Positions 63,388-64,000 of a stretch of 64,000 bases of DNA are shown here, one piece after another. Origin of the DNA: Mytilus californianus (taxonomy: Eukaryota). The notes beneath the pieces were generated by a model. That model saw only the letters and a list, made by a program, of their open reading frames with translations, ran no database searches and was not told where the DNA came from. The stretch is from NCBI RefSeq assembly GCF_021869535.1, contig NW_026262582.1, positions 5,332,001 through 5,396,000 of the forward strand, given 5' to 3'. A program made the translations under genes and the position numbers. Within the stretch, counting starts at the first letter, position 1. Each line of letters opens with the position of its first letter.

Positions 63388-63430
63388 GCGTCCAAAGCGC
63401 TTTTCTGGATTTACCTTCATCAGGAACGTT
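63388..63430 (-). ncRNA. Minimal type I hammerhead motif, family 2, core intact (within repeat 63360-63570)
   Basis: CGUUC CUGAUGA AGGUAAAUCCA GAAA AGCGC UUU GGACG: stem I 5 bp, minimal stem II, palindromic AAGCGCUU stem III, NUH triplet UUU. Confidence 0.75.
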
Positions 63431-64000
63431 CAAAGCCAAACATTTGAAATCCGAGAATGTATAAGTACCGAAACAGTTGAAGAGCTATATGACAAAAAAT
63501 ACCTAAAAGTAATGGCCAAATTCATCTAAGGCCAACTTTGCCTGAGGGAGTTGAAACCTTAGTTTTTTTTTTTTATTTCAAAATTTATAAACAGACAATT
63601 TTAGAAAGGTTTAAAACACATCATATACAATTAAACACCACGAACGCCACCAACTGGACGACTGATCTAATTTTAAAGATCTTTGCAAAGCAGAAAGAAA
63701 TAGTGTTGTCGTATCTACAATATTTGTTTTGATTACCGTTGCACATTATTAAGATGTTACTTATAACATTATTTATGTCATAATGTACACACAGTATACA
63801 GTTGTCAGAGAAATATCAAGACGGGATATGGTCCAGCTGATTATTAAGGTCACCAAATATTGTATCTGTCTCAAAATCCTTTTTGATATCACTTTGCCAT
63901 ATAAACCACATATATGTTTTTTATGAATGTTCAGTCTTAAAGTTATATATGTTGCTGCTGTAATTCTATGACATTATAAGCTGTTACAGAGACAAGTAAA

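Overview
AT-rich, repeat-dense eukaryotic genomic DNA. The repeat families and gene types look like a bivalve mollusc, most likely Mytilus; this is inferred from recalled repeat sequences, not from a search. One intact gene can be assembled by hand on the + strand: a 6-coding-exon class A GPCR (38620-47716, about 336 aa) of the CCAP/neuropeptide-S/vasopressin receptor superfamily, with non-canonical DRL and NPLVF motifs. On the - strand it is flanked by remnants of a tandemly duplicated cGAS-like (Mab-21/cGLR) nucleotidyltransferase unit. These are two pseudogenes (14550-15004; 56831-59784, internally deleted and split by a 2-kb TIR element) and three paralogous upstream blocks with a conserved TATA box. 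The block at about 1240-2300 implies a third cGLR copy just left of the window. The rest is mobile DNA: Penelope-like RT fragments, about ten hammerhead-ribozyme motifs (including a 355-nt two-ribozyme retrozyme-like unit), Helentron/HINE-like repeats, hAT and Tc1/mariner-type MITEs, a decayed LINE ORF1-like (coiled-coil plus SGNH) frame, and several tandem arrays. No tRNA, rRNA or CRISPR was found. Repeat boundaries are approximate because they were aligned by eye.
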